Part shown: positions 12,547 to 22,441 of the stretch, piece after piece
Layout of the letters: each line of letters opens with the position of its first letter
Numbering within the stretch: position 1 is the stretch's first letter
Assembly: GCA_965223705.1 (NCBI GenBank)
Contig: OZ245015.1
Location: 1,088,001 to 1,152,000, forward strand
Direction: 5' to 3'
DNA: 64,000 nt
From: Myxococcota bacterium
GTDB taxonomy: Bacteria; Myxococcota_A; UBA9160; UBA6930
Translations under genes and position numbers: made by a program
The notes under the pieces: generated by a model
The model's database searches: none
What the model was told of the DNA's origin: nothing
Seen by the model: only the letters and a program-made list of their open reading frames with translations

Positions 12547-13446
12547 GTGTTCCTAGCCGAGCAAGACAAGCCCACCCTCATCGAGGACCAGCTGTACCGC
12601 TTGCGGCTGTCCCTCAATACGCCGGTCGTTGAAACAGAGGACCTGCCCGAAGGGCCGGCGCGCGCCGCTCTGCTGGTGCATTTCGACCCCGCGGTCGAGG
12701 GCGTGACGACCACGGTGGGCATCCGCTCACTCAAGGACGGCACCGTCGTCTACTACCGGTACCAAGCGGAGATCTCGGACAACCAACCGTTCGAGGCCGC
12801 ACTCGACGCCGGTCTGGCCTTTACGGAGCCGATGGGCTTCCTCTTCGACGAGGAAGAGATCGAGGAAGTCGTCCCCGCAGACCAGGCGCGAGCCCTACAG
12901 CTCTTCTGGGAGATGATGGGCGCCCTCGAAACCGACGGCCGAGACGGACTGGAAGAACCGACGGCGGAGATCGCGCTCGGCGAAGCCGTGGTCGATCTTC
13001 AAGAGCCGGCCGCCGCTCCGGAAGGTTCCGTCGACACCCGTGCCAGCGACGAGACCCAGACGCTGAACGACGAGACCTGGGAGTTGCCGAAGCTCCCGCT
13101 CGGCGACTCCTGGGAGCTGCCGGAATCGCCTCCCGACGAGGAGGCCGAGCCCGCAGTGGTCTTCCCCGCGCCCGCACCCGCCGCCGAGCCGGAGCCGCCC
13201 GTCCAGGCGCTCACGAAGTTTCGGATGGAGCCCGTCGCGGAAGTCTCCGAGGAGGTCCCCAAGGAACCGAAGGAAGTCGCCGAGGAGATCCCCGACGAAC
13301 CGAAGTTTGGCCGCCGCGCCGACGACCCGAAGACGAACCCAACCGCTCTGGGTCAGCTCCGCCTGGTCAAGCGTCGCGCGAATCTCCCGAAAGAAGCCCC
13401 CCAAGAACCGGTCAACCCGCTGGAACGCCTGCTGGGGTCGTTCTAG
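12547..13446 (+). CDS. Hypothetical protein resembling the myxobacterial ORF found upstream of tgl; acidic Pro-rich linker
   Basis: N-terminal LSLNTPVV...LAFTEPMGFLFD and C-terminal LERLLGSF, recognised from memory; directly upstream of a Tgl-like gene; start uncertain (ORF opens at 12469). Confidence 0.55.
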   Translation: MFLAEQDKPTLIEDQLYRLRLSLNTPVVETEDLPEGPARAALLVHFDPAVEGVTTTVGIRSLKDGTVVYYRYQAEISDNQPFEAALDAGLAFTEPMGFLFDEEEIEEVVPADQARALQLFWEMMGALETDGRDGLEEPTAEIALGEAVVDLQEPAAAPEGSVDTRASDETQTLNDETWELPKLPLGDSWELPESPPDEEAEPAVVFPAPAPAAEPEPPVQALTKFRMEPVAEVSEEVPKEPKEVAEEIPDEPKFGRRADDPKTNPTALGQLRLVKRRANLPKEAPQEPVNPLERLLGSF

Positions 13447-13460
13447 CGGGCGAGGAGGCC

Positions 13461-14270
13461 TTGATGAGAAAAGACAACGTCTTGCGATCGCGGTGGCGCG
13501 GGGTCCTTTTGGGGCTGTCGCTCGCCGCGCTCGCACTCGCCGGTTGCGCGAGCAACGGAAACAACACACCGAAGCCCGCCACCGAGGAAGAACGTCGCGC
13601 GCGCTCGCACTACGGATTGGGCATCGATCACATGCGCGAAGGCCGCATCGCACTGGCTTTGCGCGAGCTCCAAGCGGCCAACAAGCTGAATCCCGGGGAT
13701 AAGTGGATCCTCCTGTCGCTCTCCGAGGCGTACCGGCTCCGGGGGCGGGAGCAGGAGGCGCTCGATCACCTCCTCGAGGCCGTCGCCGTCGACGAGGAGT
13801 TTCACGCGGCGCGGCTCAACCTGTCCGCGCATTACGTGCACCTCGAGCGCTACGAAGACGCGATTCGGCACGCGGACATCCTGATGGACGATCCGACCTT
13901 CCCGGTTCCGTGGAAAGCCTTAGCGAACCGCGGCTGGGCTCAGTACAAGCTCGGCCAACTCGCCGAGGCTCGCGAAAGTCTCACCATGGCCCTCGAGTAC
14001 AATGAGAGCTATGTCCCCGCCATGTTGTCGCTGGCGGTGATCGACGCAGAGCAGGGATACCACCTCGAGGCGCTCAACCACTTGGAGAGCGTGATCGAGA
14101 CGGCGCCCAATCCCATCGCGACGGCCGAAGCCAACTACCGGATTGCCCAAGTGTACGTTTCGCTCGGCAATCGGAAGAAGGCCGTGCATCACCTGATCGC
14201 CGCCACCGAGCAAAAGCCGAGCGGGAAATGGGGGGAGCGATCGGAGGATTACCTGAGACGCCTGCGCTGA
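13461..14270 (+). CDS. TPR lipoprotein, Tgl/PilF/PilW-type pilotin for the type IV pilus secretin
   Basis: GAGGAGG RBS; lipobox LAGC; TPR helices; DDPTFPVPWKALANRGWA; followed by a RodZ-like gene. Confidence 0.8.
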   Translation: MMRKDNVLRSRWRGVLLGLSLAALALAGCASNGNNTPKPATEEERRARSHYGLGIDHMREGRIALALRELQAANKLNPGDKWILLSLSEAYRLRGREQEALDHLLEAVAVDEEFHAARLNLSAHYVHLERYEDAIRHADILMDDPTFPVPWKALANRGWAQYKLGQLAEARESLTMALEYNESYVPAMLSLAVIDAEQGYHLEALNHLESVIETAPNPIATAEANYRIAQVYVSLGNRKKAVHHLIAATEQKPSGKWGERSEDYLRRLR

Positions 14271-14953
14271 GCGACGCTTCCGGGCCGAAGAAGCCCGGTG
14301 CGAAGTCCGGCGAAGGTGGATCGATCGGCGCGTACCTGAAGCGCCAGCGCAAGCTGCGCGGGTTGTCCCTCGCGGACCTCGAGTCGGCGACGCGGGTCCC
14401 CAAGCGGTCCCTCGAACGGCTCGAGGCCGGTGCCTACGACGGCATCCCGGACGGTTTCGCACGCGGATTCGTCCGGACGGTCGCCGGCGCGATCGGTCTC
14501 GACCCCGAAGAAACCGTCGCTCGCATGCTGGCCGAGCCCGAGTGGGTCGGCGACGGTCGAAGGCCCGCGTGGATGACGACTCTCTGGGTCGCCAGTGGGG
14601 CGCTCGTCGTCGTGTCTCTCGTCTTGGTGATGGTCGGCGGTGTCCGAGCCACGAAAAGCGCGGCACCGGTTCCCGGCGACGCCCCGGTCCTACGCCGGTT
14701 CGATGCGGTTCGGGCGCTGGCCGCGGAGCTGGGTATCGAGCCGAGGACGAACGGAGCGGCGCTCGAGCAGGGCTTGGCGCACGAAGCGCCAGCGCTCGCC
14801 GATGACCCCAAAGAGGTGCGCGGAGCGGTATCGACCCAACCGGGTCTCGAGCTTCCGCCCCTACCTCCGCGGGCCGGTGCGCGCTCGCAAGAAGTCGCGG
14901 AGCCCGCGCCGGAAGGACCGCACCCCGCTGAAATGCCCGCAGCGGCCAACTGA
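14267..14953 (+). CDS. RodZ-like HTH membrane protein
   Basis: SIGAYLKRQRKLRGLSL...LERLEAG...FARGFVRTVA followed by one TM helix; probable CTG start overlapping the upstream TGA. Confidence 0.75.
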   Translation: MSDASGPKKPGAKSGEGGSIGAYLKRQRKLRGLSLADLESATRVPKRSLERLEAGAYDGIPDGFARGFVRTVAGAIGLDPEETVARMLAEPEWVGDGRRPAWMTTLWVASGALVVVSLVLVMVGGVRATKSAAPVPGDAPVLRRFDAVRALAAELGIEPRTNGAALEQGLAHEAPALADDPKEVRGAVSTQPGLELPPLPPRAGARSQEVAEPAPEGPHPAEMPAAAN

Positions 14954-14962
14954 CGCCCCGCG

Positions 14963-15712
14963 ATGGGCGACGCGCTGGTACTTCGCTTCGTCGATTTCGG
15001 TGAGTCGGACCGGATCGTTCACCTGCTGACGCCGGATCGCGGGCGCGTCGCGGTGATGGCGAAAGGGGCACGACGCAGCAAGAAGCGCTTCCCGGGAACG
15101 CTCGACCTCTTCAACCACTTGGACGTCCATATCAATCCGCGGCGCACGCGGGGGCTCGCACTTCTCGACTCCGCTCGACTGGTCCGCGCTTTCCAGGGCC
15201 CGCGAACCGACGCCGACCGCTTCGCCCTGGGCTGCTACGTCCTCGAACTCCTCGATCGCGCGGCGCCAGAGGGAGGACGTCGCCGAGATTTGGCGCGTTT
15301 GTTCGATTTCGCCCTGGGCGCGCTGATCCACCTGGAAGAAGAGCCCGCCAGTCGGCGGCTCCGGGTCATCTTCGAGCTGCGCGCGCTCGACGCGCTCGGG
15401 TTTCGGCCCGAGCTCGCGCACTGCGTTCGCTGCGGCGCCGAGATCACCGCCTCGAGTTCCCCGCGTTTCCATGTCGGCGAAGGCGGAGCCATTTGCAGCG
15501 ATTGCCACCAAGCGACGGACGCCTCGTTTCCCATCGGGTTCGGGACGCTCCGAAGCCTTTCCCGGGTGCTCGAGAAACCGCTGCCCGAGCTCAGGAACTT
15601 CGGCCTGCGGGGAGAGCTCCTCGAAGAAGCCCACCGCGCGGTCCGCCACTTTCATCGGTTCCATCTGGGGTTCGAGCTTCGCAGTGAGCGGTTCGTGGAT
15701 CGGCTCGCGTAG
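14963..15712 (+). CDS. recO: DNA repair protein RecO
   Basis: DFGESDRIVHLLT, AKGARRSKKRF, Zn motif CVRC...CSDC. Confidence 0.92.
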   Translation: MGDALVLRFVDFGESDRIVHLLTPDRGRVAVMAKGARRSKKRFPGTLDLFNHLDVHINPRRTRGLALLDSARLVRAFQGPRTDADRFALGCYVLELLDRAAPEGGRRRDLARLFDFALGALIHLEEEPASRRLRVIFELRALDALGFRPELAHCVRCGAEITASSSPRFHVGEGGAICSDCHQATDASFPIGFGTLRSLSRVLEKPLPELRNFGLRGELLEEAHRAVRHFHRFHLGFELRSERFVDRLA

Positions 15713-15725
15713 CGCCGCGCGCGGT

Positions 15726-15754
15726 TTGACACGCTTCGCGGCCACAGAGAAACT
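15726..15754 (+). promoter_or_regulatory. Putative sigma70 promoter for glyQS
   Basis: TTGACA-17 nt-GAAACT upstream of a GGGAGG RBS; the -10 element is weak. Confidence 0.4.
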
Positions 15755-15777
15755 CCGCCTCCTACGAGGGAGGACCC

Positions 15778-17118
15778 ATGGCCGGGCCGGAAGAAGCGCA
15801 AACGCTCCGTATGGAAGACCTGGTTTCGCTCTGCGCGAGACGCGGCTTCATCTTTCAGTCGAGCGAGATCTACGGCGGTATCAACGGCTTTTGGGACTAC
15901 GGGCCCCTGGGCGTCGAACTCAAAAACAACCTGAAGACCTTCTGGTGGCAGCGCATCGTCCGGGAACGCGACGATGTCGAAGGGCTCGACAGCTCGATCA
16001 TCGCGCATCCGCGCACCTGGGAAGCGTCGGGCCACGTCGAACACTTCAGCGATCCGATGGTGGATTGCCGCACGTGCAACCGGCGTTTTCGCGCCGATCA
16101 ACTCGACGGCCCCTGCCCGGAAGCTCCGAAGAAGCGCGAGCTCCGCGATTGTGATTTGACCGATCCCCGTAACTTCAACTTGATGTTGCGTACACACATC
16201 GGGGCATCCGAAGACGCCGCCTCCGTGGCGTACCTCCGCGCCGAGACCTGCCAATCGATTTTCAACGACTTTCGTCGCGTGCGCGAATCCGCGCGTCAGA
16301 AGATCCCGTTCGGGATCGCGCAGATCGGCAAGGCCTTCCGCAACGAGATCAATCCCCGGAACTTCACGTTTCGTTCTCGCGAATTCGAGCAGGCCGAGCT
16401 CGAGTTCTTCATCCGCATCGAAGAGCGCGAAAAATGGTTCGACTACTGGCTGGCCGAGCGACGCGAGTTCCACCGAGCGCTGGGTTTTGCGGACGAGCGC
16501 ATTCGGATACGTCCGCACGAAAGCGATGAGCTCGCGCACTATGCCAAGGCCGCTGCGGACGTCGAGTTTCTCTTCCCCTTTGGCTGGCAAGAGATCGAGG
16601 GCGTCCACGATCGGGGTGCATGGGACTTGACGCGTCACACGGAGTTCTCCGGAAAGGACCTCGCGGTGACCGACGAAGAGACGAAAGATCGCTTCACCCC
16701 CGCCGTCATCGAAACGTCGATCGGGGTCGACCGCACGACGCTCGCACTGCTCGCGAACGGGTATCGCGAAGAGACCCTCGAAGGAGGCGAAACCCGCAAC
16801 GTGCTGCGCCTCCTGCCGCGCTTGGCGCCCTACACCGCTGCCGTGCTTCCGCTCTCGAAGAAGATCGGAGAGCCCGCCGAGCGAATCGCGAAAGATCTGC
16901 GCCGCCGGTGGAACGTGTTCTACGACGTGTCGGGCAATATCGGACGGCGCTACCGGCGCCAGGATGAGGTCGGAACGCCGTTTTGCATCACGTATGACTT
17001 CGATTCAGAGGAAGACGGGAAGGTGACGGTGCGCGACCGCGACACGATGTCGCAAGAGCGCGTGGCGTTCGACGCGCTTCCCCGGGTGATCGAGGAGCGC
17101 TTGGACGCCGACGCGTGA
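15778..17118 (+). CDS. glyQS: Glycine-tRNA ligase, homodimeric alpha2 type
   Basis: IYGGINGFWDYGPLG, YLRAETCQ, QIGKAFRNEI, FRSREFEQ, IGRRYRRQDEVGTP. Confidence 0.95.
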   Translation: MAGPEEAQTLRMEDLVSLCARRGFIFQSSEIYGGINGFWDYGPLGVELKNNLKTFWWQRIVRERDDVEGLDSSIIAHPRTWEASGHVEHFSDPMVDCRTCNRRFRADQLDGPCPEAPKKRELRDCDLTDPRNFNLMLRTHIGASEDAASVAYLRAETCQSIFNDFRRVRESARQKIPFGIAQIGKAFRNEINPRNFTFRSREFEQAELEFFIRIEEREKWFDYWLAERREFHRALGFADERIRIRPHESDELAHYAKAAADVEFLFPFGWQEIEGVHDRGAWDLTRHTEFSGKDLAVTDEETKDRFTPAVIETSIGVDRTTLALLANGYREETLEGGETRNVLRLLPRLAPYTAAVLPLSKKIGEPAERIAKDLRRRWNVFYDVSGNIGRRYRRQDEVGTPFCITYDFDSEEDGKVTVRDRDTMSQERVAFDALPRVIEERLDADA

Positions 17119-19817
17119 CCGCCCGGAAGGGGAAGAAGCGCGCCCCTGCGCGTCGGGTGTATTTCTTCGGCGACGGACGCGCCGATGCGCGCGCGTCGAT
17201 GCGGGATCGCATCGGTGGCAAAGGTGCGAATCTCGCAGAAATGGTCCGTTTGGGTATTCCGGTCCCGCCGGGGTTCACCATTTCGACCGACGTCTGTATC
17301 GCGTTCCGCAAGGCGAAAAACCGGCTGTCACGCCCCGTGCGGGAAGAGATCCGCAAGAACCTCCGCCGCGTCGAAAAGGTGATGAACGCGGGTTTCGGGG
17401 ATCCCGATCGCCCTCTGCTCGTCTCGGTGCGTTCCGGAGCCCGCGTGTCCATGCCGGGGATGATGGACACCGTCTTGAACCTCGGATTGAACGATCACAC
17501 CGTCCGCGGCCTCGCGAGCGCGTCGGGTGACGAGCGCTTCGCACTCGACAGCTATCGGCGCTTCATCCAGATGTACGGCGACGTCGTGCTCGGGGTCCCG
17601 CTGCATCGGTTCGAGCACCACCTCGAACTGCTGAAGGAAGCCCGCGGTTTCGAAGAAGACACGGAGCTCGGTGCCTTCGACCTTTGGGAACTCATCGAGT
17701 GCTACAAGGCCGAGCTCGCGGACGCGGGCGTGTCCTTTCCCCAAAAATCGGAAGACCAACTCGACGGCGCGATCGCCGCCGTCTTCCGCTCCTGGGACAA
17801 CGAGCGGGCCGTTCGCTACCGCGCGATCCACGGCTACGACGACGGGTGGGGCACGGCGGTGACGGTGCAGGCCATGGTGTTCGGCAATCGGCGGGGGGAC
17901 AGCGCGACGGGTGTCGCGTTCACGCGGAATCCGTCGACGGGGGAGAAGGTGCTCTACGGCGAGTACCTGCCGAACGCACAAGGCGAAGACGTGGTCGCCG
18001 GAGTCCGTACCCCGCTCCCGATCAACCGGGAGAGTGCGACGCGAAGCCAGCTCGACGCGAAAACACTCCGCGACGCCATGCCCGATGCGTACCGACAACT
18101 CGCGAAGGCCGCGTCTCGGCTCGAACGTCACTACCGCGACATGCAGGACATCGAGTTCACCATCGAGGAGGGCCGGCTCTGGCTGCTACAAACGCGGAGC
18201 GGAAAACGCACAGCCCAGGCGGGGCTCGAAATAGCCGTGGCGTTGACGAAGGAGCGTCGTATCACCCGGGCCGAAGCGGTCTCGCGCATCGACCCCGCTT
18301 CTCTCGAGCAACTGCTCCATCCGACCTTCGATCCCTACGGAAAGCGAACGCTGATCGCTCGCGGATTGCCCGCCTCGCCGGGTGCGGCCGTCGGCGCCAT
18401 CGCGACAGACGCGGAAACCGCCGAGTCGAAAGCGCGCGCGGGCGAGAAAGTCATCCTCGTTCGGGTCGAGACGTCTCCCGAAGACATCCACGGGATGCAC
18501 GCCGCCGAAGGCATTCTGACGGCGCGAGGGGGAATGACGTCCCACGCGGCGGTGGTCGCCCGCGGTATGGGGAAGTGCTGCGTCGCGGGGTGCGCGGAGC
18601 TGCGCGTCGATGGGCAAACGGGGACGGTTTCGATCGGCGAGCACGTGTTGCGGGCCGGCGACGTGTTGAGCCTCGACGGAGGAACCGGCGAGGTATTCCT
18701 GGGCGAGGTCGCGACCCGGCGGCCGGACCTCGGCGGTCCGTTCCTCGAACTCATGTCCTGGGCCGATCGGCTGCGCCGGATGCGCGTGCGGGCGAACGCG
18801 GACACGGCACAGGACGCGCGAACCGCGCGGGCCTTCGGCGCCGAAGGAATCGGGCTGTGCCGAACCGAGCACATGTTCTTCGAACCGGCTCGCATCGAGG
18901 CCGTTCGCCGGATGATCCTCGCCGAGACCGCGGACGAGCGGACCGCTGCGCTCGAGACCTTGCTTCCGATCCAGCAGCAAGACTTCGAAGCGATCTTCCG
19001 GGCGATGGATGGACAGCCCGTCACGGTCCGCTTGCTCGACCCGCCGCTCCACGAGTTTCTCCCCTCCCGCGAAGCGGACGTGCGCGCCGTCGCGCACGAG
19101 CTCGGGCTCCCGACGACCGCGCTTCGCGCCAAGCTCGAAGCGCTTCACGAATGGAACCCGATGCTCGGCCACCGGGGCTGCCGGCTCGGTCTCAGCTATC
19201 CCGAGATCTACCGCATGCAGGCGCGCGCCATCGCCTGCGCCGCGGCGTCACAGGCAGAGCAGGGGCGGCGGGTGCTCGCGGAGATCATGATTCCGCTGGT
19301 CGCTCACGTCGAAGAGCTGCGCCGGGTGCGCGAACTCGTGGCTTCCGAAGTTGCGGGAGCCCTGCAGGGTCGCCGCGCGCGTTTGAAGATCCCGATCGGC
19401 ACGATGATCGAGGTGCCGCGGGCAGCGCTGACCGCGCACGAGATCGCCGAGGTCGCGGACTTCTTTTCCTTCGGGACGAACGATCTCACCCAAACGGGAT
19501 TCGCTCTGTCGCGAGACGACGCCGGACGGTTCCTGCCCCTCTACGTCGAAGACGGCATCTTGCCCGACGATCCCTTCGTTTCGATCGATCGAAACGGGAT
19601 CGGGGAGCTCGTCGCCCAGGGCGTCGCCGGCGGGCGCCGGACACGCCCCAAACTCAAGGTCGGAGTGTGCGGAGAGCACGGCGGGGATCCCAAAAGCATC
19701 GCATTCTTCAATTCCCTGGGGATGGACTACGTTTCCTGCTCGCCGTTTCGCGTTCCAATTGCAAGACTCGCAGCCGCGCAAGCGGCGATCGCCTTGCGGG
19801 ACGCCGGCAAGAAGTAG
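17115..19817 (+). CDS. ppdK: Pyruvate, phosphate dikinase
   Basis: GGKGANLAEM, SMPGMMDT, RGGMTSHAAVVAR, GIGLCRTEHMF, FSFGTNDLTQ, CGEHGGDP. Confidence 0.97.
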   Translation: MTARKGKKRAPARRVYFFGDGRADARASMRDRIGGKGANLAEMVRLGIPVPPGFTISTDVCIAFRKAKNRLSRPVREEIRKNLRRVEKVMNAGFGDPDRPLLVSVRSGARVSMPGMMDTVLNLGLNDHTVRGLASASGDERFALDSYRRFIQMYGDVVLGVPLHRFEHHLELLKEARGFEEDTELGAFDLWELIECYKAELADAGVSFPQKSEDQLDGAIAAVFRSWDNERAVRYRAIHGYDDGWGTAVTVQAMVFGNRRGDSATGVAFTRNPSTGEKVLYGEYLPNAQGEDVVAGVRTPLPINRESATRSQLDAKTLRDAMPDAYRQLAKAASRLERHYRDMQDIEFTIEEGRLWLLQTRSGKRTAQAGLEIAVALTKERRITRAEAVSRIDPASLEQLLHPTFDPYGKRTLIARGLPASPGAAVGAIATDAETAESKARAGEKVILVRVETSPEDIHGMHAAEGILTARGGMTSHAAVVARGMGKCCVAGCAELRVDGQTGTVSIGEHVLRAGDVLSLDGGTGEVFLGEVATRRPDLGGPFLELMSWADRLRRMRVRANADTAQDARTARAFGAEGIGLCRTEHMFFEPARIEAVRRMILAETADERTAALETLLPIQQQDFEAIFRAMDGQPVTVRLLDPPLHEFLPSREADVRAVAHELGLPTTALRAKLEALHEWNPMLGHRGCRLGLSYPEIYRMQARAIACAAASQAEQGRRVLAEIMIPLVAHVEELRRVRELVASEVAGALQGRRARLKIPIGTMIEVPRAALTAHEIAEVADFFSFGTNDLTQTGFALSRDDAGRFLPLYVEDGILPDDPFVSIDRNGIGELVAQGVAGGRRTRPKLKVGVCGEHGGDPKSIAFFNSLGMDYVSCSPFRVPIARLAAAQAAIALRDAGKK

Positions 19818-19852
19818 GCGCCCGCAGGGCTTCAGCACCGGGAGGAAAACTG

Positions 19853-20428
19853 TTGGCGGCGACCGCGAGACGAGCCTGGCGCTTGGCTTTGGGGATGTGC
19901 GTGCTGCTGCCTCTCGGCTGCGCGCCGCGTATGCCGAGCCTCCCGAAGATCTCGATGCCCGACGTCCGAATGCCGAGCCTCCCTTCCATAGGATGGTTCG
20001 GGGAGAAGGACGATCGGGTGCCGGCAGACGTCTCGCGCGGCGTGCAGGTCATTTCCGGCGAAAGCGAAGTCGGCGTCTTCCACGCGCGTGTCTCGTCGTT
20101 CTACGAGCAACTCGCGAATCGGCGTTTCAACAGCATTATCACGTACCGCGATGACGCATTGCGCGCGTACTTCCGCGACGACGACGAGTTCTCGGACTAC
20201 TACGCAGATTTCTCGCACGCGCTCGAGCGTGCGCATTTCGAGAAGAGTCGTCCTCTATCGCTCCGTGTCGAAGAGTTCTCGCTGGAAGAAGACGGGGTGG
20301 CTTCCGTACAAGTGCTGCTCATCGGCGACAACAATCTTCCGCTTCGGTACGGAGAGACGGACATGAGCCGCACCGACCGCTGGGAGCGTCACGACGGATC
20401 GTGGTGGCTCGTGCCCGGTAAGTTCTGA
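19853..20428 (+). CDS. Hypothetical lipoprotein
   Basis: GGAGG RBS at 19841, TTG start, signal peptide ending PLGC; it is the 3' part of the 914-aa ORF in the track. Confidence 0.65.
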   Translation: MAATARRAWRLALGMCVLLPLGCAPRMPSLPKISMPDVRMPSLPSIGWFGEKDDRVPADVSRGVQVISGESEVGVFHARVSSFYEQLANRRFNSIITYRDDALRAYFRDDDEFSDYYADFSHALERAHFEKSRPLSLRVEEFSLEEDGVASVQVLLIGDNNLPLRYGETDMSRTDRWERHDGSWWLVPGKF

Positions 20429-20644
20429 CAGTGGGTAAACAAACTCCACCCGTCTAGTCCCCGAGCTCCTGGCTCGACGATTTCGCGTTTCGATTTTTTC
20501 CTGTCGCATCCCGAACGTTCCCTCGCTCCTGCGCCCGCCTTGCCCATGGCACAGCGCTTGCGATCTCCCCGGCTCGGGAAGAGCACTGGCAGCCGCAACG
20601 GCCGCCGAGCGGGCGCACCGCCCGCCTACGACAGGGAGAACGCT

Positions 20645-21313
20645 TTGCTGCAAACCGAGGAAACCCCCCGCTTCGGAGACAACGAGAAGAAGACCCGCGC
20701 CCCGCGCAAGGCGGCCAAGCGCTCGTCCCAGCGCCGTCGCCCGGCGACGCCCTGGGATGATGATCGGGAACTCGTGAATCACATCCTGGGCGGCAGTCGG
20801 GAACACTTCGAGCTTCTCTACGGTGCCTATTTTCAGCGCGTCTATTGGTTCGCGCTCAAGCGACTCGGCGATCCCGCGGAAGCGGAGGACGTGAGTCAGG
20901 AAGTCTTTGTCACGGTGTTCCGCTGCCTCGACAGCTGGGCCGGCAACTCGAGCCTGCTGGTTTGGATCTTTGGGATCACGCGCAACAAGGTGCATCGACG
21001 CTTCCGGGGCATGCGCCCGCGCATGGAGTCGATCGACCAGGAAGTGGTCTCGAACCTCGCGGGGACGGACGCGCCCACCGATCAGCAGGTCGACGCGCGC
21101 TTGATGCTCGAGCAGTGCGAATTCGCCCTCGCGAACCAGCTCACGCCCCTGCAGCGCCGCATCTTCCATCTGAAGCATCTCCGTCGGCAATCGATCCGCA
21201 CGATTGCGAACTCCCTCGGCAAGTCCGAGGACGCCGTGAAAGCGAACCTCTATCGCATGCGCCGGGCACTGGCTGAGGCCGCGCCCGGTTTGGAATCGGT
21301 GCTCGCCGGGTAG
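20645..21313 (+). CDS. ECF sigma factor (copy 1); ORF opens at 20540, RBS favours TTG 20645
   Basis: Region 2 FELLY...AEAEDVSQEVF...WIFGITRN; region 4 SIRTIANSLGKSEDAVKANLYR. Confidence 0.88.
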   Translation: MLQTEETPRFGDNEKKTRAPRKAAKRSSQRRRPATPWDDDRELVNHILGGSREHFELLYGAYFQRVYWFALKRLGDPAEAEDVSQEVFVTVFRCLDSWAGNSSLLVWIFGITRNKVHRRFRGMRPRMESIDQEVVSNLAGTDAPTDQQVDARLMLEQCEFALANQLTPLQRRIFHLKHLRRQSIRTIANSLGKSEDAVKANLYRMRRALAEAAPGLESVLAG

Positions 21314-21344
21314 TTCTCCCACCCGCCAGGTCCGTTCACTTGCT

Positions 21345-21386
21345 CTTCGAGCTCCCGCACAAGGTGTGTCGGGAGCTCGAAGTCTT
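21345..21386 (+). terminator. Strong hairpin after ECF copy 1, possible terminator
   Basis: CTTCGAGCTCCCG...CGGGAGCTCGAAG, a 13-bp stem followed by TCTTT. Confidence 0.55.
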
Positions 21387-21539
21387 TCGGCACCACCCCC
21401 GCAAACGGGCGCGGCCCGCACGCAACGCAAACGCAATTCCACGGAATCTCTGCCACCTTCCCCGGTTTTCCACCACGTAACAGCTGGGAATACGCACGAC
21501 TTCGCCAACGGAGGTGGAGCGGCGTGAAGGAGTGGGCGC

Positions 21540-22247
21540 GTGGTGCGTACAGAATCGATCGATGGGTCCGCCCGCACGGAACCGGAAAAACTCGCGATTG
21601 ACGGGTTTCCCAAAGCACCACAAATCGAAGCCCTGAGGCTCCTCGACGACCGCGCGCTCTTCCGACGCGTCGGCGCCGGTTGTGAGCCGGCCTTCTCCGT
21701 CTTCTACGAACGCTATCGCGGGCTCGTCTACGCATTCATCCTTCAACGCGTTCGCAACCACGCCGATGCGGAAGAACTCCTGCAAGAAACCTTCGTGGCT
21801 GTGTACCGCTCGATCGATCGCTACTCGGGGAAGGCGGCTCCGCTGGCTTGGGTCTACGGCGTCGCGAAGAACACCACCTACAACCGGCTGCGTCTTCAGA
21901 AGCGACGAGCGGAGCGGCTCGAAGCGGTCGGAGGGGACCCGCTGCGCGGCTCGACAACCCGCGAGGAGAGCCCCGAAGCCGGTCTCGAGTATCGCCGGAC
22001 CCTCGAAGACTTGAGCGACCGGCTGCAGAAGCTCCGGCCTTGGCAAGTCGAAGTGTTTATGATGCGGTACGTGGACAACTTGCCGATCCGCGAAATCGCC
22101 TCACGCATGGACCGCTCAAACGACGCGATCCGGTCGAGCCTCTACCGAATGAAGCGCATGCTCACTTCGGAGCGAGCGCCGACTCGAGTTCGCAGCAGGA
22201 TGTCGGACCGGCGCGAGCCCGTCCGCGCTTCTCGTCACGGTTCGTAA
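21540..22247 (+). CDS. ECF sigma factor (copy 2)
   Basis: AAGGAG RBS and GTG start; FYERY...ADAEELLQETF...WVYGVAKN; PIREIASRMDRSNDAIRSSLYR. Confidence 0.88.
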   Translation: MVRTESIDGSARTEPEKLAIDGFPKAPQIEALRLLDDRALFRRVGAGCEPAFSVFYERYRGLVYAFILQRVRNHADAEELLQETFVAVYRSIDRYSGKAAPLAWVYGVAKNTTYNRLRLQKRRAERLEAVGGDPLRGSTTREESPEAGLEYRRTLEDLSDRLQKLRPWQVEVFMMRYVDNLPIREIASRMDRSNDAIRSSLYRMKRMLTSERAPTRVRSRMSDRREPVRASRHGS

Positions 22248-22441
22248 TGACCCGGCTGCGACGGCTTGTCGCTCGCTGGCTCCGCAGAGCGGCATCCCCG
22301 CTGCGGGAAGAAGTCGAAGGCGCAGCCTACGCAGAGGATCTCGAGGAGTTCCTCGCCGCGGACGGCAAACCCACGCAAGGGGATGCGGCTTTTCGAGAGC
22401 GGCTTCGAGAACGGCTCTGGCGCGAGTACATCGAGAAGTAA
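22247..22441 (+). CDS. 64-aa hypothetical protein coupled to ECF copy 2 (candidate soluble anti-sigma factor)
   Basis: TAATG overlap; MTRLRRLVARW...DLEEFLAAD...FRERLRERLW. Confidence 0.55.
   Translation: MTRLRRLVARWLRRAASPLREEVEGAAYAEDLEEFLAADGKPTQGDAAFRERLRERLWREYIEK

Noticed and set aside
17684..19850. 914-aa ORF overlapping ppdK in another frame
   Set aside because: Arg/Gly-rich shadow frame typical of high-GC DNA; only the 3' part after the RBS at 19841 looks like a real lipoprotein gene.
19931..19983. ATGCCGAGCCTCCC repeated at 39-bp spacing (RMPSLP x2)
   Set aside because: Only 14 bp identical within a low-complexity lipoprotein tether; too weak to count with the other duplications.
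20431..20456. ECF autoregulatory promoter (AAC...CGTC) upstream of ECF copy 1
   Set aside because: Spacing is only about 10 nt, too short for an ECF promoter.
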